A stretch of 63,170 nucleotides of DNA, counting the filler, from Chiloscyllium plagiosum (lineage: Eukaryota), in NCBI RefSeq assembly GCF_004010195.1. It is 3 parts of one record of this genome, joined end to end, with 100 filler letters (N's around TTAATTAATTAA, not from the genome) between each part and the next. Parts side by side here need not be neighbours in the genome. Positions count along the whole stretch, not along the records: positions 1 to 24,035 come from NC_057713.1; 2 more parts are not named here. The stretch is one strand, 5' to 3'. Shown here in pieces: positions 11,680 to 24,035 of this stretch (position 1 is its first letter; every line of letters begins with the position of its first letter). The notes below the pieces were generated by a model that searched no databases, was not told the DNA's origin, and was given only the letters and a program-made list of their open reading frames with translations. Position numbers and translations under genes: made by a program.

Positions 11680-12370
11680 ACCAACATAACACAGAAACAA
11701 ACTCTTTGGTCCAACTAGTCCATGCTGAACATCATCTCAAACCAAACTAGTCCCCCCTGCCTGCTCCTGGCCCATATCCCTCCAAACCTTTCCTATTCAT
11801 GTATTTATTCAAATGTATTTTAAATGTTGTCCCCATTTCCACCACTTCCTCAGGAAATGTTTTATGTAAATCTTTCTCTTCTCACCTTACATATGTCCTC
11901 CCTAGTCTTGAAATCCCCCATCCTAGGGAAAAAGGCCACTACTATTAATCCTATCTATATCCCTCATTATTTTGTAAACTTCTATAAGGCTGCCTCTTAA
12001 CCTCCTATGCTCCAGTGAAAAAAGTCCCAGGAGATCCAGTATTTCTTTATAACTCAAGCCTTCCATACCCAGCAACATTCTGGTAAGTCTCTTCTGAACC
12101 CTTTCCATCTTAAGAATATCCTTCCTATAACTGGGTGACCAGTACTGGACCCAGTATTCCAGAAGAGACCTCACCAATGTCCTGTACAACTTCAAGATGA
12201 CTTCACAACTCCTATATTCAAAGGATCGAGCAGTAAAGGCAGCTTTAACCATGTTACCCATGTGTGATGCAAGCTTTAAAAAATTATGTACCTGAACACC
12301 CAGGTCCCTCTGTTCTACAGCATTACCCAAGGTCCTACCATTAATTGCATAAGTCTTATCCTTGTTTGTT
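11680..12370 (-). mobile_element. CR1 LINE 3' fragment
   Basis: ORF 11923..12330 EQRDLGVQVH...LYRTLVRSLLEYWVQYWSP...MERVQKRLTRML. Confidence 0.9.
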
Positions 12371-12481
12371 GAACACCTTGATCCTCATTGTAAAAGTAGT
12401 GCTGAAATGCAAGAGTGCAGTTTTGTTCCTCCAGCAATGTCCTTCAGTGATGTCCTGGAGATGGGAGAACAGAATCCAGGG

Positions 12482-12508
12482 GAGAGAGAGAGAGAGAGAG
12501 AGAGAGAG
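12482..12508. repeat. (GA)n microsatellite
   Basis: Direct read. Confidence 0.9.
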
Positions 12509-13288
12509 CTAAGACAGAGGTGGCTGAGCACATAGCATATTAGTCTGCAATAGTGCTCCTTCTAGTTCTGAATCAGGCTAACTATGTAGAAAAAAACATT
12601 TTCTGATGATCAGACAAGCTTGTCTAGCTGTGTGTAGCCCAGTTATTGAACACACTTGGTACTGTTAAATTTCCTGAGGAGGTCCTGAAGCTGATATTAG
12701 TCCTCTCATTTATACACAAGAGGGGCACAATGATTGCATTAACCAACTTCATCTTACCATGTATCCTTCCCTGAATAAGTTGCTATTTAGCGGATATCTA
12801 CTGCAAGATTGGTATCCCCTTGTGCCCACATATCTTTGAGAAGTTACTGTGCACCTGGGCAATGGTTAAAAATCCAGCATTGCCCTTCAGTGGCAATGTG
12901 CTGACACAGCAGCTACAAAGGTGACTGCCCCATGGCACATGGCTGGCATTCACTGGCACATGCAAACCCATTCTCTCATCCTCATCATCGTTTAACTACC
13001 AGGTCACATACTTTGCCTGTCCCTGGATACATCACCTCTAAATATTCTCTCTGCATCCCCAGTACACTTCCCCAATATCCAGTGGTCATACACATCTTGC
13101 CATTGTTCAGGAGGGTAACATCAGACACAGGCATTCAAACAAATCCAATCATGAGCTTTTATTGACAGACAGCAAAAGGGAACAGGAAAACAAATCAATA
13201 GAGACCTTTATTATTTATCCATTTTCATTCTGGTGAACTTGCACCTCTCATTCTTGCTATTACCTTGTCAGACCACACCTACACTATT

Positions 13289-13403
13289 GATAAAAGTGTG
13301 GAGCAGGAAAAAGCACAACAGGACAAGCAGCATCAGAGGCACAGGAGAGTCAATGTTTCAGGGAAGACCGTTCATCAGGACCCTTAATCCTGCCCGAAAC
13401 ACC
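13289..13403 (-). mobile_element. Degenerate Penelope-like pLTR fragment (family A), partial fold-back
   Basis: AAAAGCACAACAGGACAAGCAGCATC...GTTTCAGG..TTCATCAGG followed by GCCCGAAAC. Confidence 0.6.
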
Positions 13404-14084
13404 AAATCACTGTAACAGAAATAATCCTCTCTGAAAAATCTGTAAAATAACTTCCCCAAAACAGAGGCTAAATGCATGTTAATGAATAGATTAAAAGGCA
13501 ACATATGCAGTTGCGGATGAATGGGACGAGGTGGTTATGGTCTTACACTATCATACTCAATGGCTTTAGGATAAATGTTGAGTTCAAAAATTTCCCGTCA
13601 CAAACGTGACCTGCATTTTTATCACCCAGCAGTTTCTGAAAAGAATTCTGATTTTTGTTTCAGTTTCAGTTGAAAGTTTCAGTTCCTTAGCCAATCATTT
13701 AGTTCCGTATTTGACCCAGTGTTATCCCTTTTGGCCTTCTACCATTGTCTTTTTCATCCTCGAATTTCTCCAACCTTTCCACACCATTACAAACATTCCA
13801 TTTGCTCTTTTATTTCTGCGTTTTGCTTGTATTCGTATCTAATCATTCCTAGGTTTGATAAAAGGTTATCATCCTGAAACATTGAATGGATTAATCTGCC
13901 CTTTGGAAGATTCCAGACGTTGAGAGAATTTTTGGGTGCTGACCCAACATAGGTCAGTGTGGTGACAGTTGGTACCCTCTGGGTGATGTCTAACTAACAA
14001 GCCACCTTCACATACATTTCCAATTCTCAAAAGCGAACAGGTTTTCAAGATTCATTCAGGAGGCCTGTAGCCCTAAACTAGACA

Positions 14085-14588
14085 GGGGAGGTGATGGCCT
14101 ACTGATGGCCTAATTCAGAGATCCAGATAATGTTCTGGAGACAGGATTTCAAATCTTGCCATGGCAGAGGTAGAATCTTTAACATTTTGAGTTTAAGAGT
14201 CTAATGATGACTATGAAACCTTTGCTGATTGCTGGAAAAATTCCTGGTTCGCTAAGGCCCTTGAGGGAAGGAAATCCGCCATCCTTACCTGGCCAGTCCT
14301 ACATATGACTCTCAACTACCCTCTGAAGAAATTAGGGATGGGCATTAAAGATTGGTCTAGGCAGAAGTGGGTACTGTAGATGCTGGAGATCAGAGTCAAG
14401 ATTAGAGTGGTGCTGGAAAAGCACAGCAGGTCAGGCAGCATCCGAGGAGCAGGAAAAATCAACATTTTGGACAAAAAGCCCTTCATCAGGAATCCTGCTC
14501 CTCGGATGCTGACTGACCTGCTGTGCTTTTCCAGCACCAGTCTAATTAAATATTGGCCTGGCCCGCAACATCCACATCCCATGAATGA
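14085..14588 (+). mobile_element. Second tRNA-derived shark SINE family, interrupted by a Penelope hairpin
   Basis: GGGGAGGTGATGGCCTA head, TCTAATGATGACTATGAAACC / GGAAGGAAATCCGCCATCCTTACCTGG core and CCACATCCCATGAATGA tail; same as 26077-26425. Confidence 0.7.
14361..14546. mobile_element. Palindromic Penelope-like insertion, family A
   Basis: LEKHSRS is encoded on both strands. Degenerate flanking repeat ATTAAAGATTGGTCT / ATTAAATATTGGCCT. Confidence 0.75.
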
Positions 14589-15911
14589 TGTTTTTTTAAA
14601 AATGGCAGACAGCAGTTCAATGATAAGTGGGCATTGCTGAGAGAAGTAGGGAAAGATGAGTCCAAACATGTCTAATCTAATTCCCAGAATCCATAAAAAG
14701 TAGGAACTGAACATTGTCTCTTTTGTTCTATCTTTGTCTTTGTCTCTTTCTCTCCCTGGCCCTGTCTCGGTTGAGTTCTTTGTCCGCGTGACTGACTCTT
14801 GAGGGGCTGATTAGCAGAATTGGTCAAGGAGCATCTCATTGCGCCAGAGGGTCAGAGAATGTCTTAGAGTGGTCAAGGCAGAAATCTGTTTATGTAAAAA
14901 TAATACAAATACCATTGCATTGCTCAGTGTCTTTTAGAGGCTAGTGACTAGAAAGAAAGATAGCAAGCAACATGCTCATAAGAAAATTACAGAGAACTGC
15001 AACACCTGTACAATAAGTTCATTAGAGTAATTAATTACGTTTATAAAGACTAGGATAGTAAAAGTGCTTGAATAGGGCAGGGGGAGTCCTACAGAAGTTT
15101 TTTTTGACAGTTCTCAAGATCAGTATATTTTTACCCAGGTAAGAAGAAGGCATTGCTGGATCTCATTCTGGGGACTGAAGGGGTCAAATGGATTAAGTGC
15201 CAGTCAGATGATCATAGTGCTATAACGTTTAGATAAGCTGTGGAAAAGGACAAAGAGCAATCTAGAATAAAAACGATTAAACTGAGCAAGGGAGATCTCA
15301 TTGTGATGAGAATTGGTCTGACCTAAAGACACTGAATCAACATTTGAGATGGAAACCTGTAATGGAGCATTGTACCTCCTTTCAAGAGGAGCTGGGTCAG
15401 ATACAGATTCAATATCACGAGAAGGAATGGTGGAACAAACAAAGTCAAAACTCCCTTGATGATGAAAGCAATGGAGAGTAAGGTGAAGCAGAAAGTGGTG
15501 GATATGTCCAATGTCAAATGGACAATGCAAGTGGGAACCAGGTGAAATACAGCAAGTTCAGAAGAAGTGAAACAAATAGAGTATGAAAACAGGCTGACAC
15601 TAACTCAAAAAGGCATCCAAATATATTTTATGGGCACATAAATAATAAGAGTGGCAAAAAGAGGATCAGGGCTCATTGAGGATGGTAAAAGGGGATTTAC
15701 ATATAATGCCATGAAGTGTAGGAGCAGAAAGAGGCGATTGAGAGTCCACTGAGTCTGTTCAACCATTCAGTGAGACTGTAGCTGATCCAAAAGTTCTCAA
15801 CTCCGCTTTAGAATCTTGTATGTTTTGATAAAGACTCCTTACATTCTTCTGTGCTCCACTAGTTACCGGCCCAACTGACCACACCTCTCCTCATAAGATA
15901 GTCCCTTTGTA

Positions 15912-16086
15912 CGGAGGAACCTCCATTATCCGGCATTCGGTTATTTGACTTTCGGATTATCCTGACAAGTTCGTAAGGTCCCGATGCTTGACTAAGCTGT
16001 GTTTTCCGGCATTCAATTATCTGGAATTCGATTAATCGAATGAAATACTCCCTGCCTGTGTCCTTCGGATAATCGAGGTTCCTCTA
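15912..16086. mobile_element. Tigger/pogo-like MITE
   Basis: TA|CGGAGGAACCTCCATTATCCG ... CGGATAATCGAGGTTCCTCTA inverted termini (~21 bp) with internal ATTATCCG subrepeats. Confidence 0.75.
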
Positions 16087-16088
16087 TG

Positions 16089-16220
16089 GCAAAAGTGAGG
16101 AGTGCAGATGCTGGAAACCAGAGTTTAGATTAGAGTGGGGCTGGAAAAGCACAGCAGGTCAGGCAGCATCCGAGGAGCAGGAATATCGACGTTTCGGGCA
16201 AAAGCCCTTCATCAGGAATG
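16089..16220 (-). mobile_element. Solo 132-bp Penelope-like pLTR with intact hammerhead motif
   Basis: Perfect 14-bp TSD GAGGTTCCTCTATG (16075-16088, 16221-16234). Minus strand begins CATTC-CTGATGA-A-GGGC-TTTT-GCCC-GAAAC-GTC-GAT. Confidence 0.85.
16183..16220 (-). ncRNA. Minimal type-I hammerhead ribozyme motif (putative)
   Basis: CUGAUGA core, 4-bp helix II GGGC/GCCC, GAAA, palindromic ACGU in place of helix III and a GUC cleavage triplet. Helix I is weak; activity is untested. Confidence 0.6.
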
Positions 16221-16837
16221 GAGGTTCCTCTATGCCTGGTATCAGCCTAGTGAACCTTCTCTGGGTTGCCTCCAATGGCAGTATATCTTTCCTTCAATAA
16301 GGGATCCAAAACCATTCCCATTTATCCAGCTGTGGTCTAAATAACACATTGTATAGTTTTAGCAAGATTTCTCTTTGAAATAAAGGCCAACGCTGCATTT
16401 GCCTTTGCTATTATCTGCTGAACTCAGTGATAGCTTTTTTTGTGATTTATGCAAAGGGACTCCCAAATTCCTCTGTTTTGGAACTTTTTTCTATTGAAAT
16501 AATATTCAGCTCTTCTATTCTTCCTGCCTAAAGGTCCCCACATTATATCCCATCTGCCAAGATTTACCCACTCACTTAACCTTTCTCAACTCTTCTGTAG
16601 ATCCTTTGTATTATCCTCACCACTTTCCTTTCCATTTAGTTTTTTGTCATCTGCAAACTTGGATGTAGTACATCCACTTTTGTCAATCAGACTCATTAAT
16701 ATATTCTAAATAAGTATGATCCTAAAACTGATGCCTGAGGCACTCTGCTAGTTACAGGTTGTCATCCTGAAATTGCCCCCCTTATCCCAACTCTTTGTCT
16801 TCTATTAGTTAGCCGATCCTCTATCCATGTTAATCAA

Positions 16838-17165
16838 AGAATCCCTACAGCATGGAAACAGGCCCTTTAGCCCAAACATTTCACACCAACCCTCTGAAGA
16901 GTAACCCACCCAGTCCCACTCTACATTTACTGCAGATTAATGCACCTAATCTACACACCCCGGAACAGTACGGGCAATTTAGCATGGCCAATTCACCTTA
17001 ACCTGCACATCTTTGGATTGTGGGAGGAAACCAGAGCACCTGGAGGAAACCCACGCAGACATGGGGAGAATATGCAAACTCCACACAGACAGTCACTCGA
17101 AGCTGGAATCGAACCCGGACTCTTGCTGCTGTGAGGCATAAGTGCTAACCACTGAGCCACCGTGC
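16838..17165 (-). mobile_element. HE1 / V-SINE-type SINE
   Basis: Reverse complement of the 10711-11042 family (GCTAACCACTGAGCCACCGTGC head; TGCAAACTCCACACAGACAGTC core). Confidence 0.88.
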
Positions 17166-17529
17166 TTGGGCCCAGTGACCCTTCCTCAGAACTCGTCTGA
17201 GTTTTTCAAATTTGATCAAAGAAAAAGGAACACAAACATTATTTGCCTTCGAAAGAAACTCTTCCTTAAGAGATAATTAATTTTGAAAACAGACAGCTGC
17301 TACACAGCAGGAATAAACAGCAGCCCCACAGATGGAAGGGTTTTTTTTTAAATAGAAGTTTAATTTCTTCACTGTCTCTCTCATTGCCGTTTGCAATCGT
17401 GTGGGATGGGGACTGGGATGGATCAATGAAGGGGGAGAGAAAATCCATTTTTAACCCCTGCACCAGTTAATATCCTACTTCAACACTGTAGGCTTTTATC
17501 GCACCTTGCCTATGTCATCGAATGCCTTC

Positions 17530-19180
17530 TGAGGATATAGAGAGCATGGCTGAGGAGTTAAATGAAGACCTCTAATCTGTCTTTGTCAAAGTTGAAGATA
17601 ATGCCAATATCAAAGTGAAAGAATAAGTAGTCGTCCCACTGAATTGGTTAAAAGTTGATAGAAATTGAAATCATTGGCTGTAGTTAAATTTTATGAGTCA
17701 TCAGGATTAGATTATCTTGAATCAGATGGGTCTGAGGATGCTGAGAGAAGTAAAGATGGAAATTATGGAGGCAGTATCCATCATTTTCAATCCTTCCTAG
17801 ATACAGTGGTGGTTACAGAGGACAGGACAATTGCAAATGCTGAATCCACGTTCAAAAATGGCTCAAAGGATAACCCTGGAAACTACAGCCTCATCATTTG
17901 AAACCCAATGATGGGAAAGTTTACAGAAAGATATTTTGCAACAAAATTAACAGGCACTTGGATAAATACAGTTTAATTAAGGAAAGCTTGCATAGTTTAT
18001 TTAAGAGATTATCATGTTTAACAAATTTGATTAAGATTTTAATTGAGGCAACAGAGAAAGTTAATGAGGATAATGCAGTTGATGTTGTTTAATATACTTT
18101 CATAAAGGTATTTGATAAAATACCACATGCCTGGTTGTCATTCAATTAAGAGGCTGTGTAAGAAAATAGATGGATACAAATTTAATTGACTGATAAGAAA
18201 TGAATATTCACAATGAAGGATTGTTTTATGGAGTGGAGGCAAGTATGGGTTCCCCAGGAATCAGAACTGCTGCTTTTCTTTACATTTGTAAATGATCTCA
18301 ACTTTTGTGCAAGACATTAATTCAAAAGTCGTGAATGACACAAACGTTTGTAAAAAATATTGTAAACTTTAAAGGAGATAGTCATTGACTTCAAGAGCAC
18401 TTAGAAAGTCTGTTGGATTGGACAATATGTGTGGTAGATGAAATGCATTGCAGAAAATGTATTGTGATACGTTTTGTATAGAAAGATGAAAAGCAATACA
18501 AAATAAAGGGAACAATTTTAAAGTGTTCAGGAGTGCACACATCTGGAGTTACATGTGCACAAATCTTGTGACAGGGCTCGTTAAGAAAATGGTTAATGGG
18601 GCATGTAGGATCCTGGTCTTTAAAAGTAGAGGTACATAGTCAAAAGGTGAAGAGGTTATGGGGACCCTTTATAAATAGTGACTTCATCTCAATTTGAGAA
18701 CTGTTAAATTCTGCACCAATTTACAAAAATGATGCATGTCTGTGAAGTGGACAGATGGAAGACAGTGACATGATTCTTCTAAGAGATGATAATGTTGACA
18801 GGAGATTTGTTATAGGTGTACAAAATCATTAGGATTCTGAACAGAGCAGATATGGAGAAAATGCTTCCATTGACAGAAGGGTCATGAATGAAAGTGCAAT
18901 GATTTAAGGTGATGGAGAAAAGAATAAAAGGAGATATAGGGGAAATCTTTTCTGTGCACCAAGTAGTGAGTATCCACAATATATTACTTCGAGTGTGATG
19001 AAGGCAAAATCAATTGTCGATTTCAAAATAAAGTTAATTAATTATCTCGAAGAGAAAATAACTTCAGGCCAATGATAAAATATGGCGTAAGAGGTCTAAC
19101 CAAGTTCAATGTGTGAAGAGGCATAACAGACACCACAGGCTAAGTGACCTTCTCTGTGCTGTAACCATTCGAAGCTTCCA
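17530..19180 (+). mobile_element. Highly decayed CR1 LINE ORF2 (RT) and 3' end
   Basis: KDNPGNYS, LIKESLHSLFKRLSCLTNLI, AVDVV and FDKIPH remnants. Confidence 0.75.
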
Positions 19181-19453
19181 TGAATTTCTTATTTCTTCCA
19201 TTTGATGGGAAAGCAGTTGTAGACCCAATACAAATGAACAGTGTACCTCATTCGAACCTTGAGGATCTGAAGTTTGTAGAAATTAGAACTCAACAAGCAA
19301 AAGCTTTCTATCATCAATCCAAGCAGTTTCCACCTAAACATTTTCATTGAACCTTTTTGAGATTTTCTTTTGGTTGAATGTGCCATCTTGCAGTCCATTT
19401 CTCACATTTGTCTTGAACTAAACAGGACATTCTGTGAACTACAACATGGGAGA

Positions 19454-19651
19454 AGGTGAGTACTGCAGATGCTGGAGATCAGAGTCGAGAGTGTGGTGCT
19501 GGAAAAGCACAGCAGGTCAGGCAGCATCCGAGGTGCAGGAGAATCGACGTTTCAGGCCAGAGTCTGATGAGGGGCTGCGGTCCGAAACATCAATTCTCCT
19601 GCTGCTCAGATGCTGCCTGACCTGCTGTGGTTTTCCAGCAGGAAACTCTCG
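19454..19651. mobile_element. Palindromic Penelope-like insertion, family A
   Basis: Inverted arms. 16-bp direct repeat ACTACAACATGGGAGA (19438-19453, 19652-19667). Right arm starts at CTGATGA-GGGGC..GGTCC-GAAAC. Confidence 0.8.
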
Positions 19652-20269
19652 ACTACAACATGGGAGAGATGAACAACAGTAAGAAATAAAGTTCTTTCTT
19701 AGCAAAGGTGATCACAATAAATAGGAGCCGTCTATGGTTTCATCTTTGCAAATTTGCTGTAACTGTCTTACACTATTTGCAGTGACAATCAAAGCCAAAG
19801 GCTAAAGCTGTGGCAAAGTAAATATCCAATTGCAAGCATGAAATTAACAGAACTACATTATAGAAATATCCGCAAGGATAAAATCTCTTACACCGTGGAA
19901 CGAGATAGAAAGTTAATGAGGTTTATCCAAGAACCAACTCCTGGAGGCTTAGGAATTCAAAATTGACTAAACTGAATCTTGTATAACTCTGAAAATGATG
20001 TTGGGTATAACCAGCCCAGAGGCTCCGAAATGTTGCTGTTATCACCTGGTTAAGTGCTTGCACAGTTGAAGTGATGAACTGCTGTATATGCAGTGCAGAT
20101 GCACACAGCTTTACATTTGCATCAAGTAGCTCAGCAGTTATTCCCCAGAGTCCTTTGCAATTACCTATGCTCGGTTTAACAGAGGACCCTCACTGTTTCT
20201 CAGCCTGACTGAGGCCTGTAATCTATTGTCGGAGAAGGAGTATGTGAGGAAGGAGCTGAGTTGCTTTTT

Positions 20270-20730
20270 TCCTTCGTTCAGGGATGTGGGCATCACTGGC
20301 TGGACCAGCAATTATCACCCATCCCTGATTGCTCTTAAAATGGTGGTGGTGAGCTCCATCTTGAATCATTTGGTGTAGGGACACCCACAGTGGTGTTAGC
20401 GAGGGGGTTTCAGCATTTTAACACAGTGAGACTCAAGGAATAGCGATACATTTCCAAGTCAGAATGCTGAGTGGCTAGGACAGAAGCTTGAAGGTGGTGG
20501 TATTCCCATGTATCTGCTGCTCTTGTCTTTTGAGATGATAGTGGCAGTTGGATGGTACTATCTAAGAAACCTTGATGAATTTCTGCATTGCATCTTGTAG
20601 ATAGTACACCCTGCCGCTACTGAGTGTCTACAGTGGAATGACAGATTTTTTTTGTGGATATGGCGCCAATCAAGCAGGCTGCTTTGGCCTGGATGGTGTG
20701 AACTAAGAGAGTTGTGGGACATCAACCTAT
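20270..20730 (-). mobile_element. Old CR1/L2-clade LINE 3' fragment (family sharing its tail with the second SINE)
   Basis: GATGTGGGCATCACTGGCTGGACCAGCAATTAT..CCATCCCT tail. The same family recurs at ~28940-30210, 32750-33030, 40040-41990, 45940-46380, 52020-52600, 56880-57130, 57950-58450 and 62040-62450. Confidence 0.6.
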
Positions 20731-21495
20731 TCCCCTAGTTCAATGACAATGTCACTGTCTCACTGCGTTCCTGTGATGAACAAATTGTGAATCTCTTGAA
20801 TTGATGATCTAAAGTTAGGAAATGGTATCATATTAGTTGCTGTGGCTGTGTGATGTTATGTTAGGACTTCTAGTACTCTCAGAAACCACACATGTCAAGT
20901 GTCCCGTGAGCTCTGTGGGAAGCAATTGGTGTCACACCAGGTCATCTTCCGGAAGGTGATCAGATTCTATAGTGTCATCCCCAACAGTGGATTTGGATCA
21001 GCACCCTACAAACGTCCATGAGAAATGAGTCAATCTGATAAGGAGCCTCACGGTTTTCTTTTACTGCCCATGACTAATCCTCTGAGTAGGATGCTGCTCT
21101 GGAGTTGGAGCCTGATGACAGGAAGTCTCTGCTCTAAAGCCATTCCGACCACTGTGGGCAGCTGTCAACAAACTGAACTCAAGAGCCAATCCTTTGCTGC
21201 TAACCACAAATCCAGACCATATTGTTTGGTTGTCAGGCAGCCTTTTATGGATCAAAGTCATAATTAGAACGACACTCGTGTTACAACTCCTGTGCTTTCA
21301 ACAAAATGACAAAATGCATCATAAAATGTCATCCAGAAGATTAAATTAATTAAACAAAAAGTCAATATAAAGCAAATTTAACCTCAACAGAGAATTGCTA
21401 GCTTTGTCACTCGTAATTTGATCAAAAGCAAATACATTTTTCACCCACACACACTGATTGATGTCCACACAAACACATGGTTGGCCAATGAAACT

Positions 21496-21706
21496 AGGAG
21501 AAAGTGAGGACTACAGATGCTGGCGATCAGAGCTTAAAAATGTGTTGCTGGAAAAGCGCAGCAGGTCAGGCAGCATCAAAGAAACAGGAGAATCGACGTT
21601 TCGGGCAAAGCCCTTCTTCAGGAAGGGCTTATGCCCGAAACGTTGATTCTCCTGTTCCTTTGATGCTGCCTGACCTGCTGCGCTTTTCCAGCAACACAAT
21701 TTTAAG
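21496..21706. mobile_element. Near-perfect palindromic Penelope-like insertion, family A
   Basis: CCWKSAAGQAASK is encoded on both strands. TSD TGGCCA(A/G)TGAAACT at 21482-21495 and 21707-21720. Confidence 0.85.
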
Positions 21707-22469
21707 TGGCCAGTGAAACTGGTGAGTCTTATTGGAAAAGCTCACTGATTGAAAACATGTCACTGATACAATTGCGATTTAAACTGAATGAAAATATGTA
21801 CGGACAATCGTATTCTGCAGGACGAACTAAATTAAACAACTCAGGATCAAGTGCACTTTAACTTCCAAGGAGTTTTGCCAGTCCTAACTATCATGTCACT
21901 ATCATGGCAAAAGTTTTGTCCTGGAGGAGAAGCTCACCTAAACAATACAGATGGAAGTACAAGACCAACCAGACTCACCCATTTACACTGCATTTTATGA
22001 AATTTATTCACAGACATTTCTTCCGGGAACACTACCTCTACAGGTGAAATTCAACTACACTAAGTCCTCTGAAATTCATTAGGATCCATTATGAAATCTG
22101 CATCATATTCACTTCTTTAAAATTGCTGTGACACTGGTGCATCCCCAGTGCTAAAGACCGAATATCAGTGCTGCATGAACAACCTGCAATATCTCCCAAG
22201 ATAAGCATTTCACTACAATCGTTCAGATCAAACCATTCACAAATGGTTGTTGATTAATAAAGGGACCAGGGGTTGCAGGGATAAGGCAGGAGAGTGAGGT
22301 TGAGAAATCCAGCAGTCAAGATGGAGAAGGCCCAGTGGGCAGGGCAGTCTAATAATGCTCCTCTCCCTTATCGTCTGATGTGGTTGCAAAATCTGACTGT
22401 CCCTGTGCATTTCACAATTTTCTGAGACTCCTTTTTTGTCAAGACGCCTTTCAGTACAAGATCACGAGT

Positions 22470-22690
22470 TAATGGCTGTGTCTGTCACTATGAAGGACCT
22501 ACATTCTAGAATTCTCTCCAGAAGCCTTTTCCTTTCTCTGAATGTCTCTTTAATAGGATGCTTTAAACCCTGCATTTTGATTACAGGCTTTTGGTTGCCT
22601 AGTTGAGTGTCTATTTGGTAATGCTCCTGTGAAGTGCTTTGGGATATTGTGCTATTAAAGGTGCTATTAAAATGCAAGTTGTTGTTGCTT
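22470..22690 (+). mobile_element. L2-type LINE/SINE 3' end
   Basis: AATGCTCCTGTGAAGTGCTTTGGGA...AAAGGTGCTATTAAAATGCAAGTTGTTGTTG tail. Confidence 0.5.
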
Positions 22691-22819
22691 GCCCCGGTGT
22701 ATTTCAATAAGTGCAGGAAGTTATAAAGCTGAGCACCGTGGCTCCTCTCCCTTTGCCCATGACACTTTGTAGTTTTCATTGATGGGCAGCCAGTTTTCAT
22801 TGCTTCAGTTAGCTAAAAC

Positions 22820-22903
22820 AAAATGGCTTCAACATAAATCTCTTTCCAAAAAGTCATGCCAAAAAAATGGCTTCAACATAAATCTCTTTCCAAAATTTCA
22901 TGC
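22820..22903. repeat. 44-bp-period tandem duplication
   Basis: AAAATGGCTTCAACATAAATCTCTTTCCAAAA..TCATGC occurs twice. Confidence 0.85.
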
Positions 22904-22950
22904 TAATACTTGCACTGTCATAATAAAATAGGAAACTTTCCTTGCTGTAT

Positions 22951-23190
22951 AAAGTTAAAAATCACACAACATCAGGTTCGAGTCCAACAGGTTTATTTGG
23001 ATGCACTAGCATTCGAAGCGCTGCTCCTTCATCAGCTAGTTATGGAATAAAAGGTTGTAAGACACAGAATTTATAGCAAAAGTTTACAGTCTGATACAAC
23101 AGAAGTTATATATTGAAAAATACCTGCATTGTTTGTTAAGTCTCTCAACCTTTAGAATGACCGTGTTGGCTTCAGTTCTTTTCATTCACA
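22951..23190 (-). mobile_element. Penelope-like terminal fragment, family C
   Basis: Same as 37234-37640. Minus strand CTGATGA-A-GGAGC-AGC-GCTTC-GAATG-CTA hammerhead-like motif. Confidence 0.6.
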
Positions 23191-23694
23191 AAAAGCAAAG
23201 GAAGGTCAAAGGCATATTGTCTGAATGTCCAGAAAATTCCCCATTTAAACTAGGACACAGCAGATCTCCTAATAGAATTCAAAATGTTAAAGTAGTGTTC
23301 AGAGCTATGGAGTCTATATTCAGATGTGTCCAATGTAGAAAAAACAAGGCATTAAGCCTTGCTTAGCAATTGAGACTGAAGGTCTACACAAACTTAACAC
23401 ACCAGGAAGAATACCCAAAGAAATGAATGATCCTCAAAAGAAATGGACCTCATTAGAGAACCAATTCAGAGTCAGATTAACTTTTAGTATTAATCAATTA
23501 AAATTTGTGCCATTTAGACAGAGCTTACACAGTTTTTTGACCATTTTGTGCATGAATGCAGAGATATGGAAGATTTACTTGAAAAAAACTGAAGGCTAAC
23601 AGCATTGAAGAGCTACAGAAGAAGAGATGTGATCCTTTCAGGCTAATGAAGCTTACAGGTCAGAATCAAAGGCACAATGGTTGAACCAATCACT

Positions 23695-24035
23695 AGAATA
23701 CTTAAGAGGGGAAATCAGGATGGCAAAACGGGGACATGAGATAGCTTTGGCAAATAGAATTAAGGAGAATCCAAAGGGTTTTTACAAATATATTAAGGAC
23801 AAAGGGTAATTAGGGAGAGAATAGGGCCCCTCAAAGATCAGCAAGATGGCCTTTGTGTGGAGCCACAGAAAATGGGGGAGATACTAAATGAATATTTTGC
23901 ATCAGTATTTACTGTGGAAAAGGATATGGAAGATATAGTCTGTGGGGAAATAGATGGTGACATCTTGCAAAATGTCCAGATTACAGAGGAGGAAGTGCTG
24001 ATGTCTTGAAACGGTTAAAAGTGGATAAATCCCCA
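23695..24035 (+). mobile_element. Young CR1 LINE ORF2 internal fragment running into the gap
   Basis: RIKENPKGFYKYIK...GEILNEYFASVFT...KVDKSP motifs. Confidence 0.85.

Larger units (their letters stand above)
15710..16830 (-). mobile_element. Old CR1 LINE 3' portion hosting nested MITE and Penelope pLTR
   Basis: Reverse-complement CR1 tail (GTAGGAGCAGAAAGAGGC..CCATTCAGT) and RT-region remnants (CATCTGCAAACTT = KFAD). Confidence 0.7.

Noticed and set aside
21979..22037. Minus-strand 59-bp exon-like segment (VVFPEEMSVNKFHKMQCKW)
   Set aside because: Weak acceptor, no recognised homology, and its phase does not chain with the other candidates.
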